A stretch of DNA of 64,000 nt, taken from the NCBI GenBank assembly GCA_021821305.1, contig JAKACP010000001.1, positions 330,453 through 394,452 of the forward strand, read 5' to 3'. Below are positions 40,153 to 49,056 of the stretch, one piece after another. Under the pieces are notes generated by a model. The model had not been told where the DNA came from and ran no database searches. It saw only the letters and a program-made list of their open reading frames with translations. The DNA comes from a bacterium (GTDB lineage: Bacteria; Patescibacteriota; Minisyncoccia; Moranbacterales; UBA1568). Each line of letters opens with the position of its first letter. Positions within the stretch are counted from its first letter, which is position 1. The translations under genes were made by a program, and so were the position numbers.

Positions 40153-40224
40153 GCGCTTGGCAGGAATCGAACCTGCGACCTTCTGGACCGCAACCAGACG
40201 CTCTATCCACTGAGCTACAAGCGC
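40153..40224 (-). tRNA. tRNA-Arg(GCG)
   Basis: Acceptor GCGCTTG/CAAGCGC; perfect anticodon stem TCTGG/CCAGA; loop TTGCGGT. Confidence 0.75.
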
Positions 40225-40263
40225 AAATTTTTCTATCTTCTTCAACCAGTCAACTAGCTTGAA

Positions 40264-40341
40264 GTTGCGGTACCGCAACCAGACGCTCCCCGCCCGAACG
40301 TACCGTTCGGTACGGGCGGGTATCCACTGAGCTACAAGCGC
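40264..40341 (-). pseudogene. Partial copy of tRNA-Arg(GCG), positions 1-38, carrying a 32-nt palindromic insert in the D-loop
   Basis: GCGCTTGTAGCTCAGTGGATA [CCCGCCCGTACCGAACGGTACGTTCGGGCGGG] GAGCGTCTGGTTGCGGT, then ACCGCAA completing an 18-nt palindrome; lies 39 nt upstream of the intact gene. Confidence 0.6.
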
Positions 40342-40417
40342 AAAAAGAAACACAGCCCTCCAAGTATCTCTCTCAAATCTCCGTATTCTGCTGCAACAAT
40401 GCTCTTTTGAGGGCTCA

Positions 40418-41005
40418 CTAAATATGGAATATTCTCTCGATCGTGTCAATGAGCCCCGGCTCGTACTTCTGCTCGGGGACAAATGGTGCTATGAGGCTCC
40501 GTATCGCCTGGGGGTTCTGTTCGGCGAGCGGTATATGCACGTGGGATATGAGCAGACCGTCGGTCCGGATGATGAGGTGCTTGGGGAAATCCGGATGATC
40601 CTCGAGAATCCAGAACGAGGCGATATCGTCGTATTCGTAGAATTCCCGTCCGACGGAGATACCCTTGTCCATCACCGCGTACCGGACCGGTTCCTCGGGG
40701 CGGTTGAGCGAGAGATAGCCCACCATGCCGATGAGGATGAAGACGATGGCCATGAGCGGGCTGTCGGTGTAGATGGCATAGGCCACGATGACGATGAGCG
40801 CCGCGATGGCTATCGTGACGGCTCTCGAGCCGAACTGTGCGGGCTCATGCTCGAGCGTTTCCCACTGGGCGAGGACTTTGCCGCTCTTCCGATCGGAAAT
40901 CGGAGGGGAGGCGGTTTTCGGGGCCGGATCCTCTATCGGTTCCGGCTTCCCGCCGAGAAAGGGCGAGCCGTTGGCGGATCCGGGCGTCTTCATGTCGAAA
41001 CTCAT
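40418..41005 (-). CDS. Hypothetical membrane protein
   Basis: ORF with 2 TM helices. Confidence 0.4.
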   Translation of the reverse strand: MSFDMKTPGSANGSPFLGGKPEPIEDPAPKTASPPISDRKSGKVLAQWETLEHEPAQFGSRAVTIAIAALIVIVAYAIYTDSPLMAIVFILIGMVGYLSLNRPEEPVRYAVMDKGISVGREFYEYDDIASFWILEDHPDFPKHLIIRTDGLLISHVHIPLAEQNPQAIRSLIAPFVPEQKYEPGLIDTIERIFHI

Positions 41006-41117
41006 AGGCGTGGCGACAAGGATGATCGATTCTTATCTCGGATTATACCATAGGTACGGCCACGCTTCACAAACCACCCGGGGTTTGCTAGCCTGATGGA
41101 ACATCGGATGGAGACAG

Positions 41118-41204
41118 GGAGGAGTGGCCGAGTGGTTGAAGGCAACAGTCTTGAAAACTGTCATACCGGAAACGGTATCGTGAGTTCGAATCTCACCTCC
41201 TCCG
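41118..41204 (+). tRNA. tRNA-Ser(TGA)
   Basis: Acceptor GGAGGAG/CTCCTCC; long variable arm; anticodon loop CTTGAAA. Confidence 0.8.
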
Positions 41205-41229
41205 CAGTAATTCCTTAACGTGGAGATCT

Positions 41230-41547
41230 ATGAAAAGAGCGGTGAAGGGGTTTCTCGACTTCGTCCGGGAACAGGGAGTTGTCGGTCTCGCGATCGGTTT
41301 CATATTGGGCGGCGCGGTATCCAAAGTGGTATCGGCGCTCGTGACCGATATCATCAACCCGATCATCTCGTTCTTGATCGGATCGAACGAAGGACTGAAG
41401 GAAACGCATATCGCGCTCGGCGACGCGAAGATCATGTGGGGGGATTTCCTGTCCGTCATCATCGACTTCCTTATCATCGCCGCGGTCATCTATTTCGGAT
41501 TCAAGGGACTGGGCCTCGATAAGCTCGACAAGAAGAAGGAGAAGTAG
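41230..41547 (+). CDS. mscL: Large-conductance mechanosensitive channel MscL
   Basis: F..F..RGNVVDLAVG..IG-like N-terminus; two TM helices; K/E-rich tail. Confidence 0.8.
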   Translation: MKRAVKGFLDFVREQGVVGLAIGFILGGAVSKVVSALVTDIINPIISFLIGSNEGLKETHIALGDAKIMWGDFLSVIIDFLIIAAVIYFGFKGLGLDKLDKKKEK

Positions 41548-41579
41548 GCACCCTCCCGATAATACGTGGTATCGACACC

Positions 41580-42239
41580 ATGACGGAGGAATCGGACAAT
41601 CATCCTCTGAACGAGTCCTATCTCCGTGCGAAGGAGGTGCTTCGGCGCGCGGATGCGAGCGTTGCCCCGGCGAGCGGGGACGGCCGGATTCCTCCGGGAC
41701 AGCGTCCTGTGGAATGGATGGTCGCAATGCCGCCTATCATCGCGGATTATCCGCACGTGCCGAAATCGGAGTGGAAACTCCGTGTGTTCGGCGAGGTGGC
41801 ACATGAACGGGAATATGATTGGAACGGCATACGGAAGTTTCCGGTCGTGGAGTACGAAATCGATTTCCACTGCGTCACGCACTGGTCCAAATTGGGGCAG
41901 AAATTCTCGGGCGTTCCGTTCCGATCGATCGCCGAGGCAGCGGGGCCGCTCGACACGGTGAAGCATGTCATCTTCGAATGCGCCGACGGATATACGACGA
42001 ACGTGCCGTATGGCGAGCTTGTCGAACACGAGGCCTTCCTCGCGCTCCGTATGGACGGGCAGGATATCGAGGACCGCTACGGCGGGCCGGCGCGGATGGT
42101 CATCCCGCACCTGTACGGGTGGAAGAGCGCCAAACACGTCATCGGTATCCGATTCCAGTCCCAGGATGAGCCGGGATTCTGGGAGACCCGCGGGTATCAC
42201 AATCACGGCGATGCCTTCCGGGAGGAACGATACTCCTAA
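41580..42239 (+). CDS. Sulfite-oxidase-like molybdopterin-binding oxidoreductase domain protein (YedY/MsrP-like)
   Basis: HWS motif FHCVTHWS and overall domain similarity. Confidence 0.55.
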   Translation: MTEESDNHPLNESYLRAKEVLRRADASVAPASGDGRIPPGQRPVEWMVAMPPIIADYPHVPKSEWKLRVFGEVAHEREYDWNGIRKFPVVEYEIDFHCVTHWSKLGQKFSGVPFRSIAEAAGPLDTVKHVIFECADGYTTNVPYGELVEHEAFLALRMDGQDIEDRYGGPARMVIPHLYGWKSAKHVIGIRFQSQDEPGFWETRGYHNHGDAFREERYS

Positions 42240-42305
42240 GTGCCCGGTTTCTTTTTCTTTCGGAAAGGGATATAATCGAGGCGTAAACCGTATCAAGGGA
42301 AACAT

Positions 42306-42518
42306 ATGGATCTCGGGAATATCTTGTGGGTCGAATTCGTCGTACTGCTCGCGGGGACGATATACGCGTGGTACAACTGGTACCTCGTGCTCGTCAAGAA
42401 ATGCGATACCTGTTCCATCTCGGTGCACGAGAACCCGTTCACGTCGAAGTGTTTCTGGGGCGCGCTGTTCTTCACGCTCGCACTTCTCATCAATGTCTGG
42501 TCGATCATGGCGGCCTAG
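42306..42518 (+). CDS. Small hypothetical membrane protein
   Basis: ORF with 2 TM helices. Confidence 0.25.
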   Translation: MDLGNILWVEFVVLLAGTIYAWYNWYLVLVKKCDTCSISVHENPFTSKCFWGALFFTLALLINVWSIMAA

Positions 42519-42719
42519 TTCCGACACAGGCGACTTCTCTCGAGCCCTCGGCCATTGACCGCGGGGCTTTTTGATTCCGATCGCGGGCGTTCGTAGTCTC
42601 CTGAACAAAGATTATGGAGGGGTGTGAATGGTTGACATTTGTAACATAATATGTTAATATATTCGTGCTGAACGATCAGCTGGGTTCGTTACCAAATCAC
42701 TTTTGCGGAGGTATACATC

Positions 42720-43199
42720 GTGGAGAGAATCATTGGTATTTTCATTCTGGCAAGTTGCTTGTTGCCCGGCTGCGCGGTCGTCGAGATGAGCGGGAAAATG
42801 ACCCGCGCGACAGGGGAGGTCATGACGAACTATGCCAACACCCATACCGGTTTCATCGCCAGAGGGGCGGGGGTCGGCGGCAGGATCAACACGGCCGTCG
42901 GTACGGCCGTCGAGGATGTCGGCAAAAAAGGAGAGAACGGCGACTCGAAAGGAAAGCGGTTCGTCGACGCCAACAAGCAGGTGATGACGGCTGCAGTGGG
43001 CGCCGTCAAAAATGACGAGGATGTGAATGTCCGCGCACAGAAACGATTGAAAGCGCTCGGATATGACATCGGGCCGGTCGATGGCGCAGTGGGACCCAAG
43101 ACCAAGGCGGCTCTCGGCGACTATCAGGAGAAGAACGGCCTGGAAGTCACGCGGACACTCGACAGCGCCACGGTGAAAGCTCTCGAGGCCGGCTCTTGA
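42720..43199 (+). CDS. Lipoprotein with a C-terminal peptidoglycan-binding (PG_binding_1-like) domain
   Basis: Lipobox LLPGC; LKALGYDIGPVDGAVGPKTKAAL..YQ motif. Confidence 0.6.
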   Translation: MERIIGIFILASCLLPGCAVVEMSGKMTRATGEVMTNYANTHTGFIARGAGVGGRINTAVGTAVEDVGKKGENGDSKGKRFVDANKQVMTAAVGAVKNDEDVNVRAQKRLKALGYDIGPVDGAVGPKTKAALGDYQEKNGLEVTRTLDSATVKALEAGS

Positions 43200-43325
43200 G
43201 TTTCGGAACCGGGTTCGCAGACACATGGAAGGTTCGGTATTTCATACCCAGCCTTCCTTTTTATTAGTATGCGAAGCGAGCTCGTGGGTAGAAAACGGCA
43301 CGCTTGATTTGAACAAAGGGAAATG

Positions 43326-44930
43326 CTAGCATCGGTTAGGCATCAAGGAAAGGTGGGTGAGCGGCTGAAACCAGCACACTGCTAACGTGCCAGGGGGTAA
43401 AACCCCTCGAGGGTTCGAATCCCTCCCTTTCCGCCAAAATTGGAAGTCTGCATTGGAACCCGAAATGGGGTCGCGCCGAAGGCGCGACACTAATGCATTC
43501 CCCCCAAAAAATTCTGAATCTGAAAGGGTTTTCCACGCTCCGCGTGGCTCAAAAAGTACGGTTCGATCCTTAATTAAAAAGTTCGAACCGACTTTTTTGA
43601 ACAAATGAGTATTTTCCTCATTTGTTCGGTCGTTTGCCAATTCCATATTGTATTTCAAAAACTTTTCGGTAAGTTCGAACCGATTATTCGCTTTTTGTTC
43701 AAAAGCCGATAATTTCTCTTTGAGAAGCTGTTTTGCGGCAACCAGAGCATTTTTAGCATCACGATATTCTTCTAGTGAAAGTGCGCTCTCCAAATACGCC
43801 GTCATCAGCTTCTCAATTTTGATTTCTAAAAGAGAAATATCGGTTTTCAAGTTATCGGCAAAAAGCGTACTCGATTGGATTTCGGATGATTGGTCTTTTC
43901 TGTTTTCTTCAATCATCCAAGAAAGCCAATCGAGGGGCAAAGAAACTTTTTTGATTTCTTCTTGAATTTGAAAAGTGATGAGCTCCTCGCGGACATACTT
44001 CTGCTCACAAGGATTTTTCCGTTTGGTACATCGCAAATAGTTATGACCTTTTTGTTGCTCGGTGGTAATGAAGCAACCACATTCTCCGCAACGGAAAAAT
44101 CCTCTGTACAAATAATCCTTTAGCCCGCGAGATTTCGGTTTTGACTTTCGGCTCATCACTTCTTGAACGGAATCAAAAAGTTTCTTTGTGATAATTGGTT
44201 CATGCTTTCCCTCAAAAATCTCGCCATTGTAAAGCATTAAACCTGTGTAAATAGGATTTTTGAGAAGTTTTTGATAATTCGACACCGCAAGTTCCTTTCC
44301 GCTTTTTCGCTTCAATCCAAGTGCGTTAAATTTGTCGCGGAGTTCTCGCAAAGTGAAAGACCCAGACGAATATGCCTCAAATGTTTTCTTAATTAAGGGT
44401 GCGATATTTTCATCAACAACAATTTTTCCACCCTTGTTTATATATCCCAACGGAGACATTTGAGGCCATATTCCGTCTTTCACTTTGTTTCTCTTTCCAC
44501 GCTTGATATTTTCCGACAAATTATCGACATAATACTTGGATTGCGAAAAAGCGATTGAGAGCATGAACTTGCCTTGCGGTGTCGGATCAAACCAAAAAGT
44601 TGGGAATTTCATTTCAGAAATTACCCCGGTATCAACGAGGTAGATTATTTTTCCTCCATCTACCGAGTTGCGAGCAAGTCTATCAGGATGCCACGCCAAA
44701 ATACCAGTAGCTTCGCCCGCTTCCATTCTCGCTATCATTTCATTAAACACAGGGCGACCTGGTATTTTGGCGGTCTGCTTTTCGACAAAGACATCTACCA
44801 CTTCCAATTGTTCTTTCAACGCGAGTTCCTTTAATTCACTTAACTGGTCGGCAATACTGCGGACTTGTCTGTCTTTGTCGTCCGTAGACTTGCGAGTATA
44901 GATGAAAAACTTTTTGGTTTGATTATTCAT
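43326..44930 (-). CDS. Large serine recombinase (resolvase domain, recombinase domain, Zn ribbon); the C-terminal ~68 codons read through IR-A and antisense to tRNA-Ser
   Basis: N-terminal YTRKSTDDKDRQVRSIADQ with catalytic Ser; recombinase domain; CGECGC zinc ribbon; the functional C-terminus probably ends near residue ~465. Confidence 0.8.
   Translation of the reverse strand: MNNQTKKFFIYTRKSTDDKDRQVRSIADQLSELKELALKEQLEVVDVFVEKQTAKIPGRPVFNEMIARMEAGEATGILAWHPDRLARNSVDGGKIIYLVDTGVISEMKFPTFWFDPTPQGKFMLSIAFSQSKYYVDNLSENIKRGKRNKVKDGIWPQMSPLGYINKGGKIVVDENIAPLIKKTFEAYSSGSFTLRELRDKFNALGLKRKSGKELAVSNYQKLLKNPIYTGLMLYNGEIFEGKHEPIITKKLFDSVQEVMSRKSKPKSRGLKDYLYRGFFRCGECGCFITTEQQKGHNYLRCTKRKNPCEQKYVREELITFQIQEEIKKVSLPLDWLSWMIEENRKDQSSEIQSSTLFADNLKTDISLLEIKIEKLMTAYLESALSLEEYRDAKNALVAAKQLLKEKLSAFEQKANNRFELTEKFLKYNMELANDRTNEENTHLFKKVGSNFLIKDRTVLFEPRGAWKTLSDSEFFGGNALVSRLRRDPISGSNADFQFWRKGRDSNPRGVLPPGTLAVCWFQPLTHLSLMPNRC
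43347..43436 (+). tRNA. tRNA-Ser(GCT), CCA encoded
   Basis: Acceptor GGAAAGG/CCTTTCC; long variable arm; anticodon loop CTGCTAA. Confidence 0.8.
43431..43550. repeat. IR-A left arm (120 bp), perfect inverted repeat of 44952-45071
   Basis: Sequence comparison; includes CCGCCA from the tRNA-Ser 3' terminus. Confidence 0.8.
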
Positions 44931-44951
44931 AGAATTGTATTGGCAAACGAC

Positions 44952-45071
44952 GAGCCACGCGGAGCGTGGAAAACCCTTTCAGATTCAGAATTTTTTGGGG
45001 GGAATGCATTAGTGTCGCGCCTTCGGCGCGACCCCATTTCGGGTTCCAATGCAGACTTCCAATTTTGGCGG
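44952..45071. repeat. IR-A right arm (120 bp)
   Basis: Reverse complement identical to 43431-43550. Confidence 0.8.
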
Positions 45072-45339
45072 TGTGTATTAGACAACGTTCGAATGTATTT
45101 TGAGCTAAATCCTGACGATGAGCCCTAATCGCACGCGCGGAGCGCGTGGTGACTTGAAACTGCATTGTACGCTCGGATTGCGTGGTGATGCGAACCAAAG
45201 CGCCTCGGACACGCTCGCGGACTCGCGTGTGCAAAGACCAAAAAATTTCCTTGCATTTTTCTCGCGTCTCCTCCCCCCACCCCTCCGCCGCGAAGCGGAA
45301 AAAGAAATGGAAAGGAAATTTTTGGTTTTGCTTCGCCGT
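45068..45339. repeat. IR-B left arm (~272 bp), near-perfect inverted repeat of 47478-47750
   Basis: Sequence comparison (2 differences). Confidence 0.8.
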
Positions 45340-45412
45340 AGTCATACCTATATTGTATTTTATCACACCATTGAGTCAAGACACAACATTGATTATACTC
45401 AAACTAACAAAT

Positions 45413-45619
45413 ATGTCTGATTCATCAAAAAAACTTGCCGTGAATATGAAAAAGATTAGGGCTCGTAAGCATATGTCGCAAGGCGACATATGCCGAGAGC
45501 TTGGCGTTGACCGCGCTTACATCAGCACGATTGAATCGGGGAAACAAAACCCTACACTTTTAACGATTGAAAGAATAGCCAAAGCTCTCGGCGTTTCGGT
45601 TGATGAGTTGTTGAAATGA
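45413..45619 (+). CDS. XRE-family HTH transcriptional regulator
   Basis: HTH_3-like motif (MSQGDICRELGVDRAYISTIESGK); low GC. Confidence 0.65.
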   Translation: MSDSSKKLAVNMKKIRARKHMSQGDICRELGVDRAYISTIESGKQNPTLLTIERIAKALGVSVDELLK

Positions 45620-45740
45620 TATAGAGCAAGACATTCTCAGAACCCACCGATGCTTTACACAGCGATTGAGAAAGTGAGGTGTGGATAACGAATCGTATGT
45701 GTGCTTGCATTATTATATACGAATATGCTAATATACGCAT

Positions 45741-46040
45741 ATGATAGATTTATGCAAAGAAATCGCCCGCATGGGTAGAGGTATCGGCAATGAAAACCGC
45801 TATCGTATTATTGAAACCCTCATGAAGGGCTCCCAAACAGTTGGTGATATTGCTGGGAAAGTCGGCATGCCACAACCGACCGTTTCTCAAAATCTTCGGG
45901 TTTTGAAAGAAGCGGATCTTGTCGTTGACGAACGACGCGGACAAGAAGTGTATTACACGATTAATGTTATGTATATGACAAAACTGCTCAAGCGTTTGGC
46001 CGATGACGTATCAAAGAGCGGTGGCAAAAAGCCACATTAA
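45741..46040 (+). CDS. ArsR/SmtB-family transcriptional regulator
   Basis: Winged HTH; YRIIETL...TVSQNLRVLKEADLV. Confidence 0.7.
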   Translation: MIDLCKEIARMGRGIGNENRYRIIETLMKGSQTVGDIAGKVGMPQPTVSQNLRVLKEADLVVDERRGQEVYYTINVMYMTKLLKRLADDVSKSGGKKPH

Positions 46041-46068
46041 CAATTAAACCAATATTAATCACATCACT

Positions 46069-46710
46069 ATGAAAACAATTATTGATTCTCTCAAGTGGCG
46101 CTATGCTACTTACACATTTGACACCAGTAAAGGAATTTCAGAAAAGGATTTGCATACCGTTCTCGAAGCGGGAAATTTAGCGGCTACCGCTTTCGGCTTA
46201 CAACCATTCGAGTTTGTGGTAGTTAAAGATCAGACCATGAAAGAGTCGCTAGTTCCGCACGCGTACGGACAACAGCATCTCGCAAAAAACTCTGCTTTGG
46301 TGGTACTAGCTATTCGTACTGATCTCGATGAAGCCTATATTACCGAGTACATTGAGCGTATCGGGCGTGTCCGTGGCGTTCCCGTGGAGATGCTTGAAGG
46401 TTTCAAGCAATCAATGCTCGGCGCAATGAGTATGAAAGGAGCTGATGGCAGGAATGCGTGGGCGCAAAAGCAAGCATACATTGCACTCGGCACCATGATG
46501 GCAGCTGCTTCAGAATTACGAATAGATAATCACGGTGCGGAAGGCTTTGACCCCGAGAAGTTCGATGAAATGCTCGGCCTTAAAGCAAAGAATCTTCACG
46601 CCACTGTACTTCTTATGCTCGGCTACCGTACTGATACACCAGATGACAAGGAGAAAATGTTCCAAATCAAGGTCCGCAAGGAGTATGACGATATCGTAAG
46701 TGTTATCTAG
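46069..46710 (+). CDS. NAD(P)H nitroreductase-family protein
   Basis: Nitroreductase fold similarity over the full length. Confidence 0.7.
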   Translation: MKTIIDSLKWRYATYTFDTSKGISEKDLHTVLEAGNLAATAFGLQPFEFVVVKDQTMKESLVPHAYGQQHLAKNSALVVLAIRTDLDEAYITEYIERIGRVRGVPVEMLEGFKQSMLGAMSMKGADGRNAWAQKQAYIALGTMMAAASELRIDNHGAEGFDPEKFDEMLGLKAKNLHATVLLMLGYRTDTPDDKEKMFQIKVRKEYDDIVSVI

Positions 46711-46731
46711 TTACTTACACGAAAACATTCT

Positions 46732-47115
46732 ATGAAAACTTTCTTCAAAACGCTTACGACACAGCAAAAGGTTGGCTATGTGCTCGCTACGCTTCTCTCG
46801 ATTCTTTTGCTTCTACCCGCGACCCTCAAAATCATAAGTTTCCCGATGTTCGTCGAACTCTTTACAGCACACAACATTGGCGAGTTTCTGACCGTTATCG
46901 GCCTTGGCCTCGCAGTTTCGAGTATTCTCTACGCGATACCTCGCACTAAAATGCTCGGCACCCTTCTTTTGTCAGCGTACTTCGGCGGCGCAATCGTCTT
47001 TCACATGACTGCTGACGAGCCGTTTATCATTCAGTCGGTTGTTCTTGTACTGATGTGGCTCTTTGCTTGGCTTCGTGATCCGAATGTATTTCTTCCAAAG
47101 TACTCAGATGAGTAA
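46732..47115 (+). CDS. DoxX-like membrane protein
   Basis: 127 aa, 4 TM helices, DoxX-like pattern. Confidence 0.45.
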   Translation: MKTFFKTLTTQQKVGYVLATLLSILLLLPATLKIISFPMFVELFTAHNIGEFLTVIGLGLAVSSILYAIPRTKMLGTLLLSAYFGGAIVFHMTADEPFIIQSVVLVLMWLFAWLRDPNVFLPKYSDE

Positions 47116-47477
47116 AGAGGTCTTTTTGAAGTTAAGGGAGCCAACCCCCGTCGTTTTATAATTTTCCTCAAAAACGGCGGGGGTTGTTGTGCGCGCACTG
47201 GGTGGGGCAAGCACATACAGATTTGTTTGTGCCTCAGCACAATCCATATTCCTTTGAATCACCACTAAACTCTCTCGAAGCCACCAAGCGAACACACACA
47301 ACACCGAAGCAGCCAGCGCGAGCGAATGCGAGCGGGCTATGCGAAGGCGGTTGTGTGTGGTTCGCGGACGTTAGAGTTACCACCAAACGCGGATACGGAT
47401 GCGCCTCGGTCGCCGTGAGGGTGGAGAAAAGAGCAATCAAAAGTGATAAACTAATAGTGCTTTTTTCGGAGACTGAA

Positions 47478-47750
47478 ACGGCGAAGCAAAACCAAAAATT
47501 TCCTTTCCATTTCTTTTTCCGCTTCGCGGTGGAGGGGGTGGGGGGAGGAGACGCGAGAAAAATGCAAGGAAATTTTTTGGTCTTTGCACACGCGAGTCCG
47601 CGAGCGTGTCCGAGGCGCTTTGGTTCGCATCACCACGCAATCCGAGCGTACAATGCAGTTTCAAGTCACCACGCGCTCCGCGCGTGCGATTAGGGCTCAT
47701 CGTCAGGATTTAGCTCAAAATACATTCGAACGTTGTCTAATACACACCGC
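47478..47750. repeat. IR-B right arm
   Basis: Reverse complement matches 45068-45339. Confidence 0.8.
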
Positions 47751-48211
47751 AGAAGTGAAAGAGGAGCCATTTTGTATGGCTCCTTTTTTGCTTCTATGAT
47801 GAACGCATTCGGAGTTTATGCCCCGAAGGGGTAAATCCCTCCCTTTCCGCATCAAGCTCATAGTATCGAGGGTGACCCGAGAGCCTCGAATGAGCAACAT
47901 AAAACCAAACCGCCGGTAAATGGCGGTTTTATTCTTTCTGATCTATAGATCTTCTTTACTGTATGATCCCTCTCTTTTGACTGTCACGGACAATCTTACT
48001 TTGGTCCCATAAGCTCGAGAAATTTCATGGGGTCTATCGAGAAACCGCCTATACGAACCGAGAGATGGAGGTGAGGGCCGAGAGAATAGCCCGTATTGCC
48101 GCTCTTGGCTACGGGGTCACCTTTTCCCACGTTGTCGCCCGCTTCTACACCGATTTCGGAAAGATGCATGTACATGGTCATGATACCCAATCCATGATCA
48201 ATGATGACGGT
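47747..48211. repeat. 465-bp direct repeat DR-1; includes the att-like copy of the tRNA-Ser 3' end, two terminator hairpins and the last 72 codons of an M23 peptidase gene. Identical to 60277-60741
   Basis: 100% identity at a constant offset of 12,530 bp. Confidence 0.85.
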
Positions 48212-48958
48212 ATTGCCGAAGTTTCTCAGGCTTTGGGCAAGGACCACCTTGCCGGAGTTCATGGCATATACCGACGTTCCCTCCGCTGCTCGAAAATCCG
48301 TGCCTTGATGGCTGAGACTTACGGATCCAGTCTGCCTCTTGTAGCCATAAGTATCGGTAACGGTAAGAGATCCATCAAGCGGTAAGCGGAACTCTCCGCT
48401 CCAGAGTCGTTCCGGGCCTATGATGGTGGTGACAGAGTTGAGGATAGCCGCGTCCCGTGACAAAGTGCTGGTAAGCTCGTGCTCCGCTTGGGGAGTATTG
48501 CCGCCAAGTTGCTCCGGGATGTCGAATTCTTCCGTAGCGACAACCCTTTGGCCGATCTCAAACTCCTCTTCGATTTTCCGGCCGTCCTTGAGGGTGAGGA
48601 CGATCGGATACGAACCGGGCTTTTTATGGAAATCGATTCCTACAAGTGCGGCAACCTTACCCTCATCAGCAAACACGGCAAGCGGCTTGCCATCAAGAGC
48701 AAGCGACTCGATGTTCGAGATATCGCTGATGCCGTCCAGGGTAATCCGCGCGGGCTCTCCCTGGATGAGAGCAGTGGGGAAAACGGAAAGCGATACCGGT
48801 TCCACGGCGGAAACAATGCCGGGTTTTTCTGCCTCCATGGCTTGTGATTCGGATTCTGCTTCAGGCTGGTCTTTTAGCTGTGGCAAGGCAAAGTAGAGAG
48901 CGAGGAATAAGGCTGGTAAAGTGAGCCAAAGGAGTGTTCTCATCCCTGGATTGTACAC
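47996..48958 (-). CDS. M23-family (LytM-like) metallopeptidase, paralog 1, with N-terminal TM anchor
   Basis: HxxxD (IDHGLG) and GNTGYSLGPHLHLSV motifs. Confidence 0.75.
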   Translation of the reverse strand: MYNPGMRTLLWLTLPALFLALYFALPQLKDQPEAESESQAMEAEKPGIVSAVEPVSLSVFPTALIQGEPARITLDGISDISNIESLALDGKPLAVFADEGKVAALVGIDFHKKPGSYPIVLTLKDGRKIEEEFEIGQRVVATEEFDIPEQLGGNTPQAEHELTSTLSRDAAILNSVTTIIGPERLWSGEFRLPLDGSLTVTDTYGYKRQTGSVSLSHQGTDFRAAEGTSVYAMNSGKVVLAQSLRNFGNTVIIDHGLGIMTMYMHLSEIGVEAGDNVGKGDPVAKSGNTGYSLGPHLHLSVRIGGFSIDPMKFLELMGPK

Positions 48959-49056
48959 TTCTCTGGTGGAATCGTGAAGACCGGTACTGCTTGGTCATTT
49001 ACATCAGCTTTTCAGTTGATAGCTTCCGGAAATCGTGCTATCGTGTGAGGGCGCTT

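Larger units (their letters stand above)
43418..47850. mobile_element. Integrated element at the tRNA-Ser(GCT) 3' end: serine recombinase plus low-GC cargo, ending at a 17-bp direct repeat of the tRNA end
   Basis: AATCCCTCCCTTTCCGC at 43418-43434 (in the tRNA) and again at 47834-47850; large serine recombinase adjacent; GC drop across 43.6-47.5 kb. Confidence 0.65.

Noticed and set aside
45118-47700. Identical ~87-100 aa ORFs (MSPNRTRGARGDLKLH...) at 45118-45420 and 47437-47700
   Set aside because: They lie entirely within the two arms of inverted repeat IR-B and have no domain signal. Most likely non-coding repeat sequence read as ORFs. Not fully excluded.
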